Positions 45,097 to 54,447 of a stretch of DNA of 64,000 nt are shown here, piece by piece. The number at the start of each line of letters is the position of its first letter. The first letter of the stretch is position 1. The notes under the pieces were generated by a model. The model was not told the origin of the DNA. It did no database searches and saw only the letters and a list, made by a program, of their open reading frames with translations. The stretch comes from a virus (taxonomy: Duplodnaviria > Caudoviricetes): the IMG/VR virus record IMGVR_UViG_3300027759_000043; one strand, written 5' to 3'. The position numbers were made by a program, and so were the translations under genes.

Positions 45097-45935
45097 AACA
45101 ACCCCGACGCATATTAATAATGGGCCTGCCAGGCTCGGGCAAGACCTACTTTGCCGAACGATTAAAACGCTATTTGGAAGATCACATCGCTCCCATTAAC
45201 GAGCACAGTCTGCGCCCCATTGCTGATGCCAAGATCTCTGTGGCATGGTTAAATGCCGACGACATACGCAAAAAATACAATGACTGGGATTTCTCACACG
45301 AAGGGCGTATTAGACAAAGTGTACGCATGCGTGATCTGTCAGACGCTGCCGATACTGATTACTGTATTGTAGATTTTGTTGCACCGCTGGTGGAAATGCG
45401 CAACAACTTCAAGGCAGACTGGACTATCTGGATTGACACAATTGAAAAAGGTCGTTTTGAAGACACAAACCGAATGTTTGTGCCACCTGACGTTTATGAT
45501 TTCCGTATTACAGAACAAAACGCTGAAAAATGGGTGGAATTTGTGGGCGAGCACATTGTTGAAAATCGCCGCAGACCCACTTTTGATTGGCAAAAGGAAA
45601 CTGTACAAATGCTGGGTCGGTGGCAGCCTTGGCATGCGGGTCACAGAGCCTTGTTTGAACGTGCTATTGCCAAGACAGGACAAGTGGTTATTCAAATACG
45701 TGACTGTCAGGGCTGGCAGGGAACCAATCCCTTTGCTATAGAGCAAGTTAAATACTTTATACGCAGAGACCTAGATCCTGTATATCAAGGCCAATATGAA
45801 ATTCAAGTTGTTCCTAATATTGTTAATATCACTTATGGTCGCGACGTGGGTTACACAATCGAGCAAGAATCCTTTGATGAATCGGTTACCAATATCTCAG
45901 CGACCAAGATAAGAAAGTCCTTGGGCCTTGAATAA
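45093..45935 (+). CDS. APS kinase (CysC-like) fused to an HxGH nucleotidyltransferase
   Basis: GLPGSGKT, NADDIR, DFS.EGRIRQ and VDFVAP motifs; C-terminal GRWQPWHAGH. Confidence 0.8.
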   Translation: MKQPRRILIMGLPGSGKTYFAERLKRYLEDHIAPINEHSLRPIADAKISVAWLNADDIRKKYNDWDFSHEGRIRQSVRMRDLSDAADTDYCIVDFVAPLVEMRNNFKADWTIWIDTIEKGRFEDTNRMFVPPDVYDFRITEQNAEKWVEFVGEHIVENRRRPTFDWQKETVQMLGRWQPWHAGHRALFERAIAKTGQVVIQIRDCQGWQGTNPFAIEQVKYFIRRDLDPVYQGQYEIQVVPNIVNITYGRDVGYTIEQESFDESVTNISATKIRKSLGLE

Positions 45936-46152
45936 GTATCATGTTAGGTTTAATACTAAACACAATGGGTCTGATCTGGTGTGGCGCATATTTGAAAATG
46001 GTACAGAACATCTAGCAACTGATGTTAGAATTGTGGGCGAAACCTATACTGAATGCACTCATGAACACGGCGAAACCAAATGGAATATTGCCTGCAACGG
46101 GCGCATGGTTTGGGTTGACCGCGTGGCAGTTATTGTCACTGACAAGGACTAG
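45928..46152 (+). CDS. Small hypothetical protein
   Basis: Overlapping coupled ORF. Confidence 0.7.
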   Translation: MNKYHVRFNTKHNGSDLVWRIFENGTEHLATDVRIVGETYTECTHEHGETKWNIACNGRMVWVDRVAVIVTDKD

Positions 46153-46156
46153 ATGT

Positions 46157-47011
46157 ATGATACTGTCAAATTTTGTTCTACCAGGTAGAATTGACTTGGT
46201 TGAACAGTACAGTGGCATTGATTCGCAAAAGTACTGCCGAAACGATGATCATTTCAGATCATACCCGCATGCCATTGACTACCGATACAACAGCCGAGGT
46301 TATCGTGATCAAGAATGGCCTACTGATTTAAACAATGCAATTTGGTGCTTGGGTGACAGTTTTACAGAAGGTCTAGGATCACCAAGAGAGCATACTTGGC
46401 CTTATTTGTTGCAACAGATATCAGGGCAACGATGTATTAATGTCAGCCTGGACGGCGCAAGCAATGACTGGATATTGCGAAAAGCAAATGAATTATTGGA
46501 TCAACTGCAACCCAGTGCAATTGTAATACACTTGAGTTATCTTCATCGCGGCGAAAATTCTAATGATCTATTGAGCGACGAAGATCGACGCATGTCACTG
46601 AGAGCAGGAGAAATAGATACACCAGGTTGGATCGGTCAACTGCAACAGGACATACTAAAACTCAATCAACGCAAAGGCAATACCAAGATTGTGTATAGTT
46701 TTATACCTGAATGGGCATTGGAAAAAACATTTGCTCACGAATGGTCCAAAATAGCCGGTCCTGACTGGTGCGACATACCTAACAATGTAAATTCCTGGCA
46801 GTCTGTTCCGGCATTTGTCAAGAAAGAACTGTTAGAGTTTGGGTTGAAAGATTTGTTTTTGAATTGGGCCCAATTGTTGGACACAATGCAATTGTTTGTG
46901 CCGGAATTTGAGGTCGAAGACCGGGCGCGAGATTATCATCATTATGGATTAGTTACTGCTCAAAAATTTGCGCTCAGCGTAAACCAACTGTTGAGTCAAC
47001 GGTTGATTTAA
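46157..47011 (+). CDS. SGNH-like protein with GPDW module
   Basis: YRYNSRGYRD, WCLGDSFTEG, NVSLDGASN, RARDYHHYG. Confidence 0.7.
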   Translation: MILSNFVLPGRIDLVEQYSGIDSQKYCRNDDHFRSYPHAIDYRYNSRGYRDQEWPTDLNNAIWCLGDSFTEGLGSPREHTWPYLLQQISGQRCINVSLDGASNDWILRKANELLDQLQPSAIVIHLSYLHRGENSNDLLSDEDRRMSLRAGEIDTPGWIGQLQQDILKLNQRKGNTKIVYSFIPEWALEKTFAHEWSKIAGPDWCDIPNNVNSWQSVPAFVKKELLEFGLKDLFLNWAQLLDTMQLFVPEFEVEDRARDYHHYGLVTAQKFALSVNQLLSQRLI

Positions 47012-48178
47012 TTGAGTTTCTTCCTGTTGTGCGTGATTATTGAGATCAGTTGACGAATATTGTGCTTCGTTATTTTCTTTTGCCCAATTGTTGTACCATT
47101 CTACTGTTTGATCCCAGTTGCGTATGATCTTTTGTTTTTCTGTCAGGCTTTGCAGTTTAATGGGCACCGGGGACACAAGAAAACCATCGTCACACAACTG
47201 TGCAAGTTGCCCGGTGGTGTCTAGATAAGGCTTGAGATTTTGCGTCAAGAATGCATGTTGAACTTGGTTGACCAGTACTGTTTTTGTCTTAAAGATATCG
47301 TCGATTTCCTGGCGAATAGTCTGAGGCAATTGACTAGTTTCAAAGTCTCTCCAATCTTTTGGCCAGTCGGGACCTTGCAGTTGTTGCCACTTGCGGTCAG
47401 TCAACATTTCGGTGGCAATGCGTACAGGCGTACCCGACTCATTAGAATCCAATACTAAATTTGGCAACAAGCGATGACAGGCATTATAACTATCCCAGTC
47501 TTGTCCAAACATGTCGGTCCAGGTGTTGTTTGAATGGCCGCGCATGAAGTCTAGATTTAGAATATAATCCTCTATTCTATGAATATCAGTGTCATAATCA
47601 AAATAAGATTGTACGTTAAAATAAGTGTCTGTCCACTCAATATAACTTTTGTATTTGTTTAGATAGTTGATCAATGTTTGTTCATGAATGGTAATACCAT
47701 TGGCATAGATGTCTTGAAATACATTTATTTTTTCTACTGTAGAATAAACATTTAATTTTTTGCTGTGCCCATTAATTCCCCAACTCAATGCATGTTCCAG
47801 TAGATTTTTTCGACGGCAACTGATAATAAAGAAATTATCATTGAGATATTCATAAAATTTAATTTGTTCTGCAACAGAATCCTGACGATTCACAATGTGA
47901 TAGTGCGCCAACCGACTGGTTTTGTAATGATCTACAGATTTTAATAGATCTTGAACTTCAGAGAGTGTTTGAAAATACCCCCCCTGTGGTGCTGGTCCTT
48001 CGAATTTGCCCAGTACTTCTTGATTCAGTGTGTTATTGTAGTATTTTCTCAAGCCATTTGACAATTCGTGCAAATTAATAATAGGGCGGTCGAACCCTCT
48101 TCGTAACATATAAATTGTGACCAATCGTTGTAACAATGTTGATCCCACGCGATCCGGAGTTAAAATTAATACATTCAT
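46949..48178 (-). CDS. Sulfotransferase-like protein with GPDWP module
   Basis: ILTPDRVGSTLLQRL PAPS-loop-like motif; CRRKNLLEHALSW. Confidence 0.6.
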   Translation of the reverse strand: MNVLILTPDRVGSTLLQRLVTIYMLRRGFDRPIINLHELSNGLRKYYNNTLNQEVLGKFEGPAPQGGYFQTLSEVQDLLKSVDHYKTSRLAHYHIVNRQDSVAEQIKFYEYLNDNFFIISCRRKNLLEHALSWGINGHSKKLNVYSTVEKINVFQDIYANGITIHEQTLINYLNKYKSYIEWTDTYFNVQSYFDYDTDIHRIEDYILNLDFMRGHSNNTWTDMFGQDWDSYNACHRLLPNLVLDSNESGTPVRIATEMLTDRKWQQLQGPDWPKDWRDFETSQLPQTIRQEIDDIFKTKTVLVNQVQHAFLTQNLKPYLDTTGQLAQLCDDGFLVSPVPIKLQSLTEKQKIIRNWDQTVEWYNNWAKENNEAQYSSTDLNNHAQQEETQLNQPLTQQLVYAERKFLSSN

Positions 48179-48223
48179 TCAAATATTTAGTGGTGACTTT
48201 TAAATTAACAAATAAATAGTTGT

Positions 48224-48667
48224 ATGTGGATTCTACACTTTCTTCCTGACAGCATCATCTTATGGTTCTGTAATATCCTGTTATTAACAGGTATTGTAGC
48301 AACTGCGGCAGGCTTTTTTGCAAATCGCATTCCTGTACTTGGGCAATATCAACTGGCATTTAAACTGGCCGGTATTGTGCTGTTAGTGCTGGGTGTTTAT
48401 TTTCGCGGTGGACTGGCAGTGGAGCAAGAATGGCGTGAGCGTGTGGCAACAGTAGAAGCACGTCTTGCCAATGCAGAAAAAGCCTCAGCAGAAGCCAATA
48501 CGCAAATAGACACACGAGTACAAAAGCAAGTGACTCAAATTCGCCAGCGCATGACTTATGTCCGGCAATATGTGGACCGTGAAGTTGTAAAGTACAATGA
48601 TCAATGCACAATTCCCGAACCATTTATTCGGGCGCATAATAACGCCGCAGAAGGAATTCGAAAATGA
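48224..48667 (+). CDS. Putative inner-membrane spanin (Rz-like)
   Basis: N-terminal TM helices then a coiled coil; TAAATA at 48213; lies upstream of a lipoprotein and endolysin. Confidence 0.6.
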   Translation: MWILHFLPDSIILWFCNILLLTGIVATAAGFFANRIPVLGQYQLAFKLAGIVLLVLGVYFRGGLAVEQEWRERVATVEARLANAEKASAEANTQIDTRVQKQVTQIRQRMTYVRQYVDREVVKYNDQCTIPEPFIRAHNNAAEGIRK

Positions 48668-49104
48668 AAATAAATGATATTTTAAATGAAGATTTAAGCC
48701 AAGAGTTTGATCTAATAGAATCAATTATAATTGATCTTGCTCGGCGTAATCAAGTTGACGCTGAGTCAATATGGGAAGATTTAGAATCCTTAACTGATGA
48801 TGAACTGTATGTGTTTGCTGTGACAACTCCAATTTTCGAAGATTGGCAAAAGGCCAATAAACGGGATCGTACAGATGGCATGAGTCAAAAGGCAGTGAAC
48901 GCTTATCGCAGAGAACATCCTGGATCTAAACTAAAGACTGCTGTTACTACTAAACCTAGTAAACTTAAAAAGGGTTCAAAGGCCTCCAAGCGTCGCAAAA
49001 GTTATTGCTCACGCAGCCGTGGACAAATGAAGATGCACAATATCAGTTGCGCCAAGACGCCGGACAAGGCCATTTGCAAAGCACGTAGACGTTGGAACTG
49101 CTGA
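48664..49104 (+). CDS. Two-module putative head-internal protein
   Basis: MKINDILNE leader; acidic half, then a very basic half after IFE, ending RRRWNC. Confidence 0.7.
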   Translation: MKINDILNEDLSQEFDLIESIIIDLARRNQVDAESIWEDLESLTDDELYVFAVTTPIFEDWQKANKRDRTDGMSQKAVNAYRREHPGSKLKTAVTTKPSKLKKGSKASKRRKSYCSRSRGQMKMHNISCAKTPDKAICKARRRWNC

Positions 49105-49364
49105 TGCGATACCTGTTGATTGCATTATTATTAACAGGATGCTCAACTGTGGTACCTGTTACTGCACGTTTTCCCGACGCTCCGGGTCGGGGTGCAATGA
49201 CTGCTTGTCCTGCCCTGCAGAAATTAAACAATAACGCACAACTCAGTGATGTTGCCAACACTGTGACTGTGAATTACTCAACCTATTATGAGTGTGCCGT
49301 TCGAGTAGATGCCTGGCAAGAGTGGTACCAAATACAAAAGCATATATTTGAAGGAACAAAATAA
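49104..49364 (+). CDS. Putative outer-membrane spanin lipoprotein (Rz1-like)
   Basis: Lipobox LLLTGC; Pro-rich segment. Confidence 0.7.
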   Translation: MRYLLIALLLTGCSTVVPVTARFPDAPGRGAMTACPALQKLNNNAQLSDVANTVTVNYSTYYECAVRVDAWQEWYQIQKHIFEGTK

Positions 49365-49366
49365 AA

Positions 49367-49984
49367 ATGAGCACAATCTTGACACTAGACCAATTAAAAC
49401 AAATGGTCAAGAATCCTCATATCAATCACTGGTATGAAGTACTAGAACAATTGCTGGATGATTATGATATTAACACTCCGCTACGTGTGGCACACTTCAT
49501 TGCACAATGCGCACATGAGTCGGGCAACTTTGTTTTTATCAAAGAAAATCTCAACTACAAAGCCGCAAGCCTACAAAAGATATTCGGCAAGTATTTCCCC
49601 ACTGCTGAATTAGCACAACAATACGCCAACCGGCCCGAAATGATTGCCAACAGAATCTATGCCAACAGAATGGGCAACGGGTCAGAAGCATCAGGTGACG
49701 GATATAGATACTGTGGACGTGGACTTATACAACTTACAGGCCGAGACAATTACACATTCTTTGCAGGATCACTAGGTATTACAGTGGAAGAAGCAAGCGA
49801 ATATCTTGCCACATTTGAAGGTGCCGCACAATCAGCCTGTTGGTTCTGGGAACAGAACAATTTAAATCGCTTTGCTGATGCAAATGATGTCAAAGGTTTA
49901 ACAAAAGCAATTAATGGTGGCTACATTGGCTTGGACGATCGTATCAGTCACACAGAACATGCATTACACATACTAGGAGCATAA
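49367..49984 (+). CDS. Glycoside hydrolase family 19 endolysin
   Basis: FIAQCAHESG...ENLNY...YCGRGLIQLTGRDNY...TKAINGG. Confidence 0.93.
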   Translation: MSTILTLDQLKQMVKNPHINHWYEVLEQLLDDYDINTPLRVAHFIAQCAHESGNFVFIKENLNYKAASLQKIFGKYFPTAELAQQYANRPEMIANRIYANRMGNGSEASGDGYRYCGRGLIQLTGRDNYTFFAGSLGITVEEASEYLATFEGAAQSACWFWEQNNLNRFADANDVKGLTKAINGGYIGLDDRISHTEHALHILGA

Positions 49985-49985
49985 C

Positions 49986-50528
49986 ATGGCAGAACAAAAA
50001 CAATTATCACGCTCGGAGCGTGAAGCACAGATCAAAGACAAAGCCGGGTGGGTCATTGTGGTCATGGCAGCCTTGTTGGCCATCAACACATATCTGGGCA
50101 ATGGCAATAGCAGTCGTATACTAAACGACACAATTGAAGCCAACAATACCTGGGCGTTTTATCAAGCAAAATCAATCAAAGGTACACTGGCCGAAATGGC
50201 CCTGGATGATGCCATGGCTCGCAAGGATGTTGCCAAGGTTGCGGCAATCAGTAAAAAGATCGCACGTTATGAGTCAGACCCTGCCACCGGCGAAGGCAAG
50301 AAAGAACTAATGGCCAAGGCACGTGCTCTTGAAGCAGATCGTGCAGTGGCCAAGCAACGTAGTCCTTGGTACACATACGCAGGCAGTCTGTTGCAGATTG
50401 CTATTGTTTTGCTCACTGCCAGTATACTCAGCGTGAAGAACAGTTTGTATCGAGCCAGCATAGGTGTTGGCTCTTTTGCCTTGCTTTTAATGAGCCAGGC
50501 CATTTGGTTATGGATACCAGGAGTATAA
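49986..50528 (+). CDS. DUF4337-like membrane protein
   Basis: ANNTWAFYQAKSIK with flanking TMs. Confidence 0.7.
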   Translation: MAEQKQLSRSEREAQIKDKAGWVIVVMAALLAINTYLGNGNSSRILNDTIEANNTWAFYQAKSIKGTLAEMALDDAMARKDVAKVAAISKKIARYESDPATGEGKKELMAKARALEADRAVAKQRSPWYTYAGSLLQIAIVLLTASILSVKNSLYRASIGVGSFALLLMSQAIWLWIPGV

Positions 50529-50529
50529 T

Positions 50530-51273
50530 ATGGCATTACCAGGAATAGCAATAGGTGGCGGAATCACCGTGGGTGGGGGCATTTACTTTGGATGGACACC
50601 TCCTCCACCTGCGCTGGTTCTCAATCTTGACGCAGCCAACTATAGTGCCATGCCTGCAAATGGAAGCACTATAGCAGGCGATGGCGGCTTTGCCATAACA
50701 ACACTCAATCCCGGTGGTAGTATGAGTTGGGATCCTGCAGACGGCGGAATATTCCGTAAAACTGCACCCACTGGAACAGACTTCTTGACATTTGGACCCG
50801 ATTACTCAGCAACATCACAGGCTTATACTGTGATGATGGTCTACAGATCACAACCCAGTTCAGCAGGTAGATTGCTAAACGCTAACAGTGCCGCTCCAGA
50901 CTGGTTATTGGGCTTATGGGGCAGTCCTAGTTATGTTCAGGACATTTTCTTTAACGGCAACTTTGTTGGTGCAAATAATACTGCGGCTGACAATAACTGG
51001 CAATTTATATGGGCAACATACAACGGCAATGCAGGGTCACCAGTGTCGCAAAGTTATGTTGCCAATTCAACTGTGCCCACAACCACGTTTGGCACCGATA
51101 CCACAAGCGGTGGCTTTGACGGCTTGAGATTGTTTGGTAGATATGACAGCCCCACTGGCAGTTCAGAGAACCCAACGTCAGATGTGGGCTTGGTCAAAGT
51201 GTGGAACTACGTGCTAACTTTGGGTGCTATACAGGGTCAGTGGAACACTTATCGAGCAAGATTTGGATATTAA
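50530..51273 (+). CDS. LamG/concanavalin-like virion protein
   Basis: LVLNLDAANYS...VGLVKVWNYVLT. Confidence 0.7.
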   Translation: MALPGIAIGGGITVGGGIYFGWTPPPPALVLNLDAANYSAMPANGSTIAGDGGFAITTLNPGGSMSWDPADGGIFRKTAPTGTDFLTFGPDYSATSQAYTVMMVYRSQPSSAGRLLNANSAAPDWLLGLWGSPSYVQDIFFNGNFVGANNTAADNNWQFIWATYNGNAGSPVSQSYVANSTVPTTTFGTDTTSGGFDGLRLFGRYDSPTGSSENPTSDVGLVKVWNYVLTLGAIQGQWNTYRARFGY

Positions 51274-51296
51274 CAAGGAAATAACAGGAGTATAAT

Positions 51297-52067
51297 ATGG
51301 CAATCAACATTGGACCCGGAATCAACATTGGCCCAGGCATTACCGTAGGTGGCGGACTTGTTGCCACCGGCAGCATGAATTTTACCCCGGCTGCCGCGTA
51401 TCTACAGACACCCGTCAGTAGCCCAGGTTCTACCAATATTAATCTGCTGACCGGCGGGCAATTGACCACTTCAAGTGTATTCACGTTGGAAGCATTTATC
51501 AACATCACTTCATTCAATGGAACCAAGACTGGTCTCACCGGCGAAGAAAGTTGGATCATAGGCAATTACTCAGCAGATCTGGCCACAACTCCTTGGGGAT
51601 GGAATGTGCAGAGCAATGGTTATTTGCAACTGTTTATATACAATGGTTCATATAACAAATTGGTGGCAACCACAACACAACTGTCTGAAGGCGTCTGGTA
51701 CTATGTGGCCATGACCATAAATGGATCCAGTGTTTACTTGTTTGTGAATGGCACCTTGCAAACAAATCAGCCATCGGGCGCCAATATTATTACCACAAAT
51801 GTGGGTTCATCACAAGTGACTGATCAATTGACACTGGGATCCAGTTCCGCTGGCAGATATTTCAATGGCTACATGAGCAGTGTACGTGTCACCAAGTCAG
51901 CCCTGTACACTTCAGGATTCACTGCACCATCAGCACCATTGCCCAACATAGCCAACACTTCGTTGTTGCTACAAGTGAATTCAGCCGGCACGTACCTGGC
52001 TGATTCCAGCAACAACAACTTTACCATGACCAATAGCGGTGTAATTTACAGCACACTACATCCGTAA
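51297..52067 (+). CDS. LamG/concanavalin-like virion protein
   Basis: FTLEAFI...WYYVAMT...LFVNG...FNGYMSSVRVTK. Confidence 0.8.
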   Translation: MAINIGPGINIGPGITVGGGLVATGSMNFTPAAAYLQTPVSSPGSTNINLLTGGQLTTSSVFTLEAFINITSFNGTKTGLTGEESWIIGNYSADLATTPWGWNVQSNGYLQLFIYNGSYNKLVATTTQLSEGVWYYVAMTINGSSVYLFVNGTLQTNQPSGANIITTNVGSSQVTDQLTLGSSSAGRYFNGYMSSVRVTKSALYTSGFTAPSAPLPNIANTSLLLQVNSAGTYLADSSNNNFTMTNSGVIYSTLHP

Positions 52068-52093
52068 ATCATAATAAATATTAAAAGGAGCAC

Positions 52094-52624
52094 ATGATGG
52101 CAGAAGAATATAACAAAATGAGCGATTCAGAAAAGAAAAAAGAAGACTGGATGAACTCCAAATGGAGACCGGCTTGTGGTTGGATGTATATCGTGGTCTG
52201 CTTGTTTGATTTTATGCTTGCTCCTATATTATGGAGTATAACACAGGCTGTGTTCCACGGTGGTGTAAATGTACAATGGCAGCCACTTACACTTCAAGGC
52301 GCAGGACTGTTCCATGTGGCCATGGGCGCCATCATTGGAGTAAGTGCTTATGGTCGCACACAGGAGAAACTGAATGGAGCCAACAACGGGGGCATCGCCC
52401 CACCCACCAGCGGAACAACATACACACCGCCTGCACCAATCCAACCCACTGCACCCACCGGCTTTGGCGCACCAAGCGGAGGCGGCTTTGGAAGCGCACC
52501 TGTCACTGCACCAGCGTCAGGCTTTGGGAGCAATACAGGACCTGGAGCACCAGCGTCAGCAGATGTGGTCACAGGATTCGGAGGCAAACCCGCACCGGTG
52601 ATACCATCATTCCCGGCAATATAA
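52094..52624 (+). CDS. Putative 3TM holin with Pro/Gly-rich tail
   Basis: WMNSKWRPACGWMY...LFHVAMGAIIGVSAYGRTQEK; TAAATA at 52075. Confidence 0.7.
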   Translation: MMAEEYNKMSDSEKKKEDWMNSKWRPACGWMYIVVCLFDFMLAPILWSITQAVFHGGVNVQWQPLTLQGAGLFHVAMGAIIGVSAYGRTQEKLNGANNGGIAPPTSGTTYTPPAPIQPTAPTGFGAPSGGGFGSAPVTAPASGFGSNTGPGAPASADVVTGFGGKPAPVIPSFPAI

Positions 52625-52654
52625 AATAAATAATCTATAATATTTAGGAAAATA

Positions 52655-53443
52655 ATGTCTTCGCCACCACCACCATATGACGACATAACCGGTATCAGTC
52701 GTACTGTCATGAAAGATAATGCACAGGAAACTGTGTATGATTACAATGGCAATGCACGTCCTGGCGAAATGGTGGCCGATTTGACCCAAGACCCACCTGT
52801 GGTCTACATAGGCAATAATCTGGGTCAACTCACACAGGTGTTCCCTAGTACCAGCGGTGGGCCAGTGGGCAACAGCGGCGCTGTGCAAATAAATTGGCTG
52901 GGCACCTTTAGCAATCAAGGTGGCACCCCCGGATCTACATATTCTACTATACAATTCAATAGTGATGGACTGGCCACTATCAATGGTACCAATGCGTTCC
53001 AATCCAGCAGTAATGTGACCTACTTGACAATCAATGCACCACAGGTGCAAAGCACCGACTTTGGCGTCCTATCAGGTCCTGGCGTCACTGTCGTGGGGTA
53101 TGACGACAACTACAATACTCCTCGCAGTGCTTATTTTAGTGTGCAGGATCAGGCCACTGCTACACAACAGTGGGACTTTGGTATCCTTGGGTCAGGCAGT
53201 AACAATTTTAGTGTGCGCAACAGAACTGCAGATTCTTTACCATTCACTGTGAACACCGATGGAACAGTTCAACTTCAAGTCATGGCAGTGGCATCATTAC
53301 CTGCGGCCACATCTGCTGGATTAAAAACTTTTGTCAACGATTCTAATCGAGTGGCATCAGGCAACTTTGGAGCAGTGGTAGGGAACGCTGGTTCAAATGT
53401 TGTGCCAGTTTATAGTGATGGTACAAACTGGCGTATAGGTTAA
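52655..53443 (+). CDS. Putative virion structural protein
   Basis: TAAATA at 52627; beta-rich; ends VYSDGTNWRIG. Confidence 0.65.
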   Translation: MSSPPPPYDDITGISRTVMKDNAQETVYDYNGNARPGEMVADLTQDPPVVYIGNNLGQLTQVFPSTSGGPVGNSGAVQINWLGTFSNQGGTPGSTYSTIQFNSDGLATINGTNAFQSSSNVTYLTINAPQVQSTDFGVLSGPGVTVVGYDDNYNTPRSAYFSVQDQATATQQWDFGILGSGSNNFSVRNRTADSLPFTVNTDGTVQLQVMAVASLPAATSAGLKTFVNDSNRVASGNFGAVVGNAGSNVVPVYSDGTNWRIG

Positions 53444-53463
53444 TTAATCAAAGGAAATAAAAA

Positions 53464-54435
53464 ATGAGAAAATTAAATATTATGTCTGTATTTGTTGTAA
53501 TAGCAATTGGTCTAGCATCATTTGTTGCAACAGCACAGAGTAATCAAACTCCGGTAAACATCACCACGGTCACTCCAGGTGGTGCAACAGCAATTACCAG
53601 TTATAGTAGTATGAATACCACATATACTTTTAATCTGCAAAACACAACAAACGCACAATTTTGTCAAGGCACAGACAACTGTGCATTACCCACTGCACAA
53701 ACAGGGGCAAATGCCTATACTATTTCTAACACACGCTGGGGAACATACAAACTCAACAACGCTGTTCCGGGTGCCTGTGCTCCAAGTATCACATACGGTG
53801 GTGTTCAATATTGCTTGTTGGAGTTTCATTTCCATGGTCCATCTGAACACTGGGTCAATGGCGGAGCAACAGATTTAGAAGTGCATTTTGTTTTCTTCAA
53901 TTTGGCAGATGCCACATCTGGTCCACGTGGATTGTGTAGTGCAAATTCACTATTGGTACTGGGTCAACGAATGGTGGGCAATGGTAACTCAGCAAATGCT
54001 GCCTGGACCAATGTGTTTAACGCAATTCCTGTTGCCAACGCTTCTGGAGCATACAGTGGAACTAGTCTTAGCCTTAACATTCAAACACTAATGGGTATCC
54101 CAGGTGGCAACATCAACGCCGCCCCAAGTTACAGATACCTTGGTGGGTTGACTGCACCAATTAGTATTGCTACTTTAGGACAAGCCAACGGCAATCAATC
54201 TAATAGTTGTGTGGCCAATAACAATCCCAACAATGGTCAGCCATGGTGGGGCAATCCGCAGAATCAATTGACCAATGGAGCATATCCAGAAATTGTGCAA
54301 TGGGTGTTGTTTAGACAACCAATACAGTTATCTGTGGCACAGGTAAATCAGTTCAAGGCAAAATTTCCAGATGGCAATGCTCGTTCAGTTCAACCCAACA
54401 CCGGCGTGACCATCAACTTGGCCAATCCAAACTAA
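53464..54435 (+). CDS. Secreted alpha-carbonic anhydrase
   Basis: Signal peptide; EFHFHGPSEH, LEVHFV, YRYLGGLTAP and VQWVLFRQPI motifs. Confidence 0.8.
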   Translation: MRKLNIMSVFVVIAIGLASFVATAQSNQTPVNITTVTPGGATAITSYSSMNTTYTFNLQNTTNAQFCQGTDNCALPTAQTGANAYTISNTRWGTYKLNNAVPGACAPSITYGGVQYCLLEFHFHGPSEHWVNGGATDLEVHFVFFNLADATSGPRGLCSANSLLVLGQRMVGNGNSANAAWTNVFNAIPVANASGAYSGTSLSLNIQTLMGIPGGNINAAPSYRYLGGLTAPISIATLGQANGNQSNSCVANNNPNNGQPWWGNPQNQLTNGAYPEIVQWVLFRQPIQLSVAQVNQFKAKFPDGNARSVQPNTGVTINLANPN

Positions 54436-54447
54436 AGGAAAATCAAA

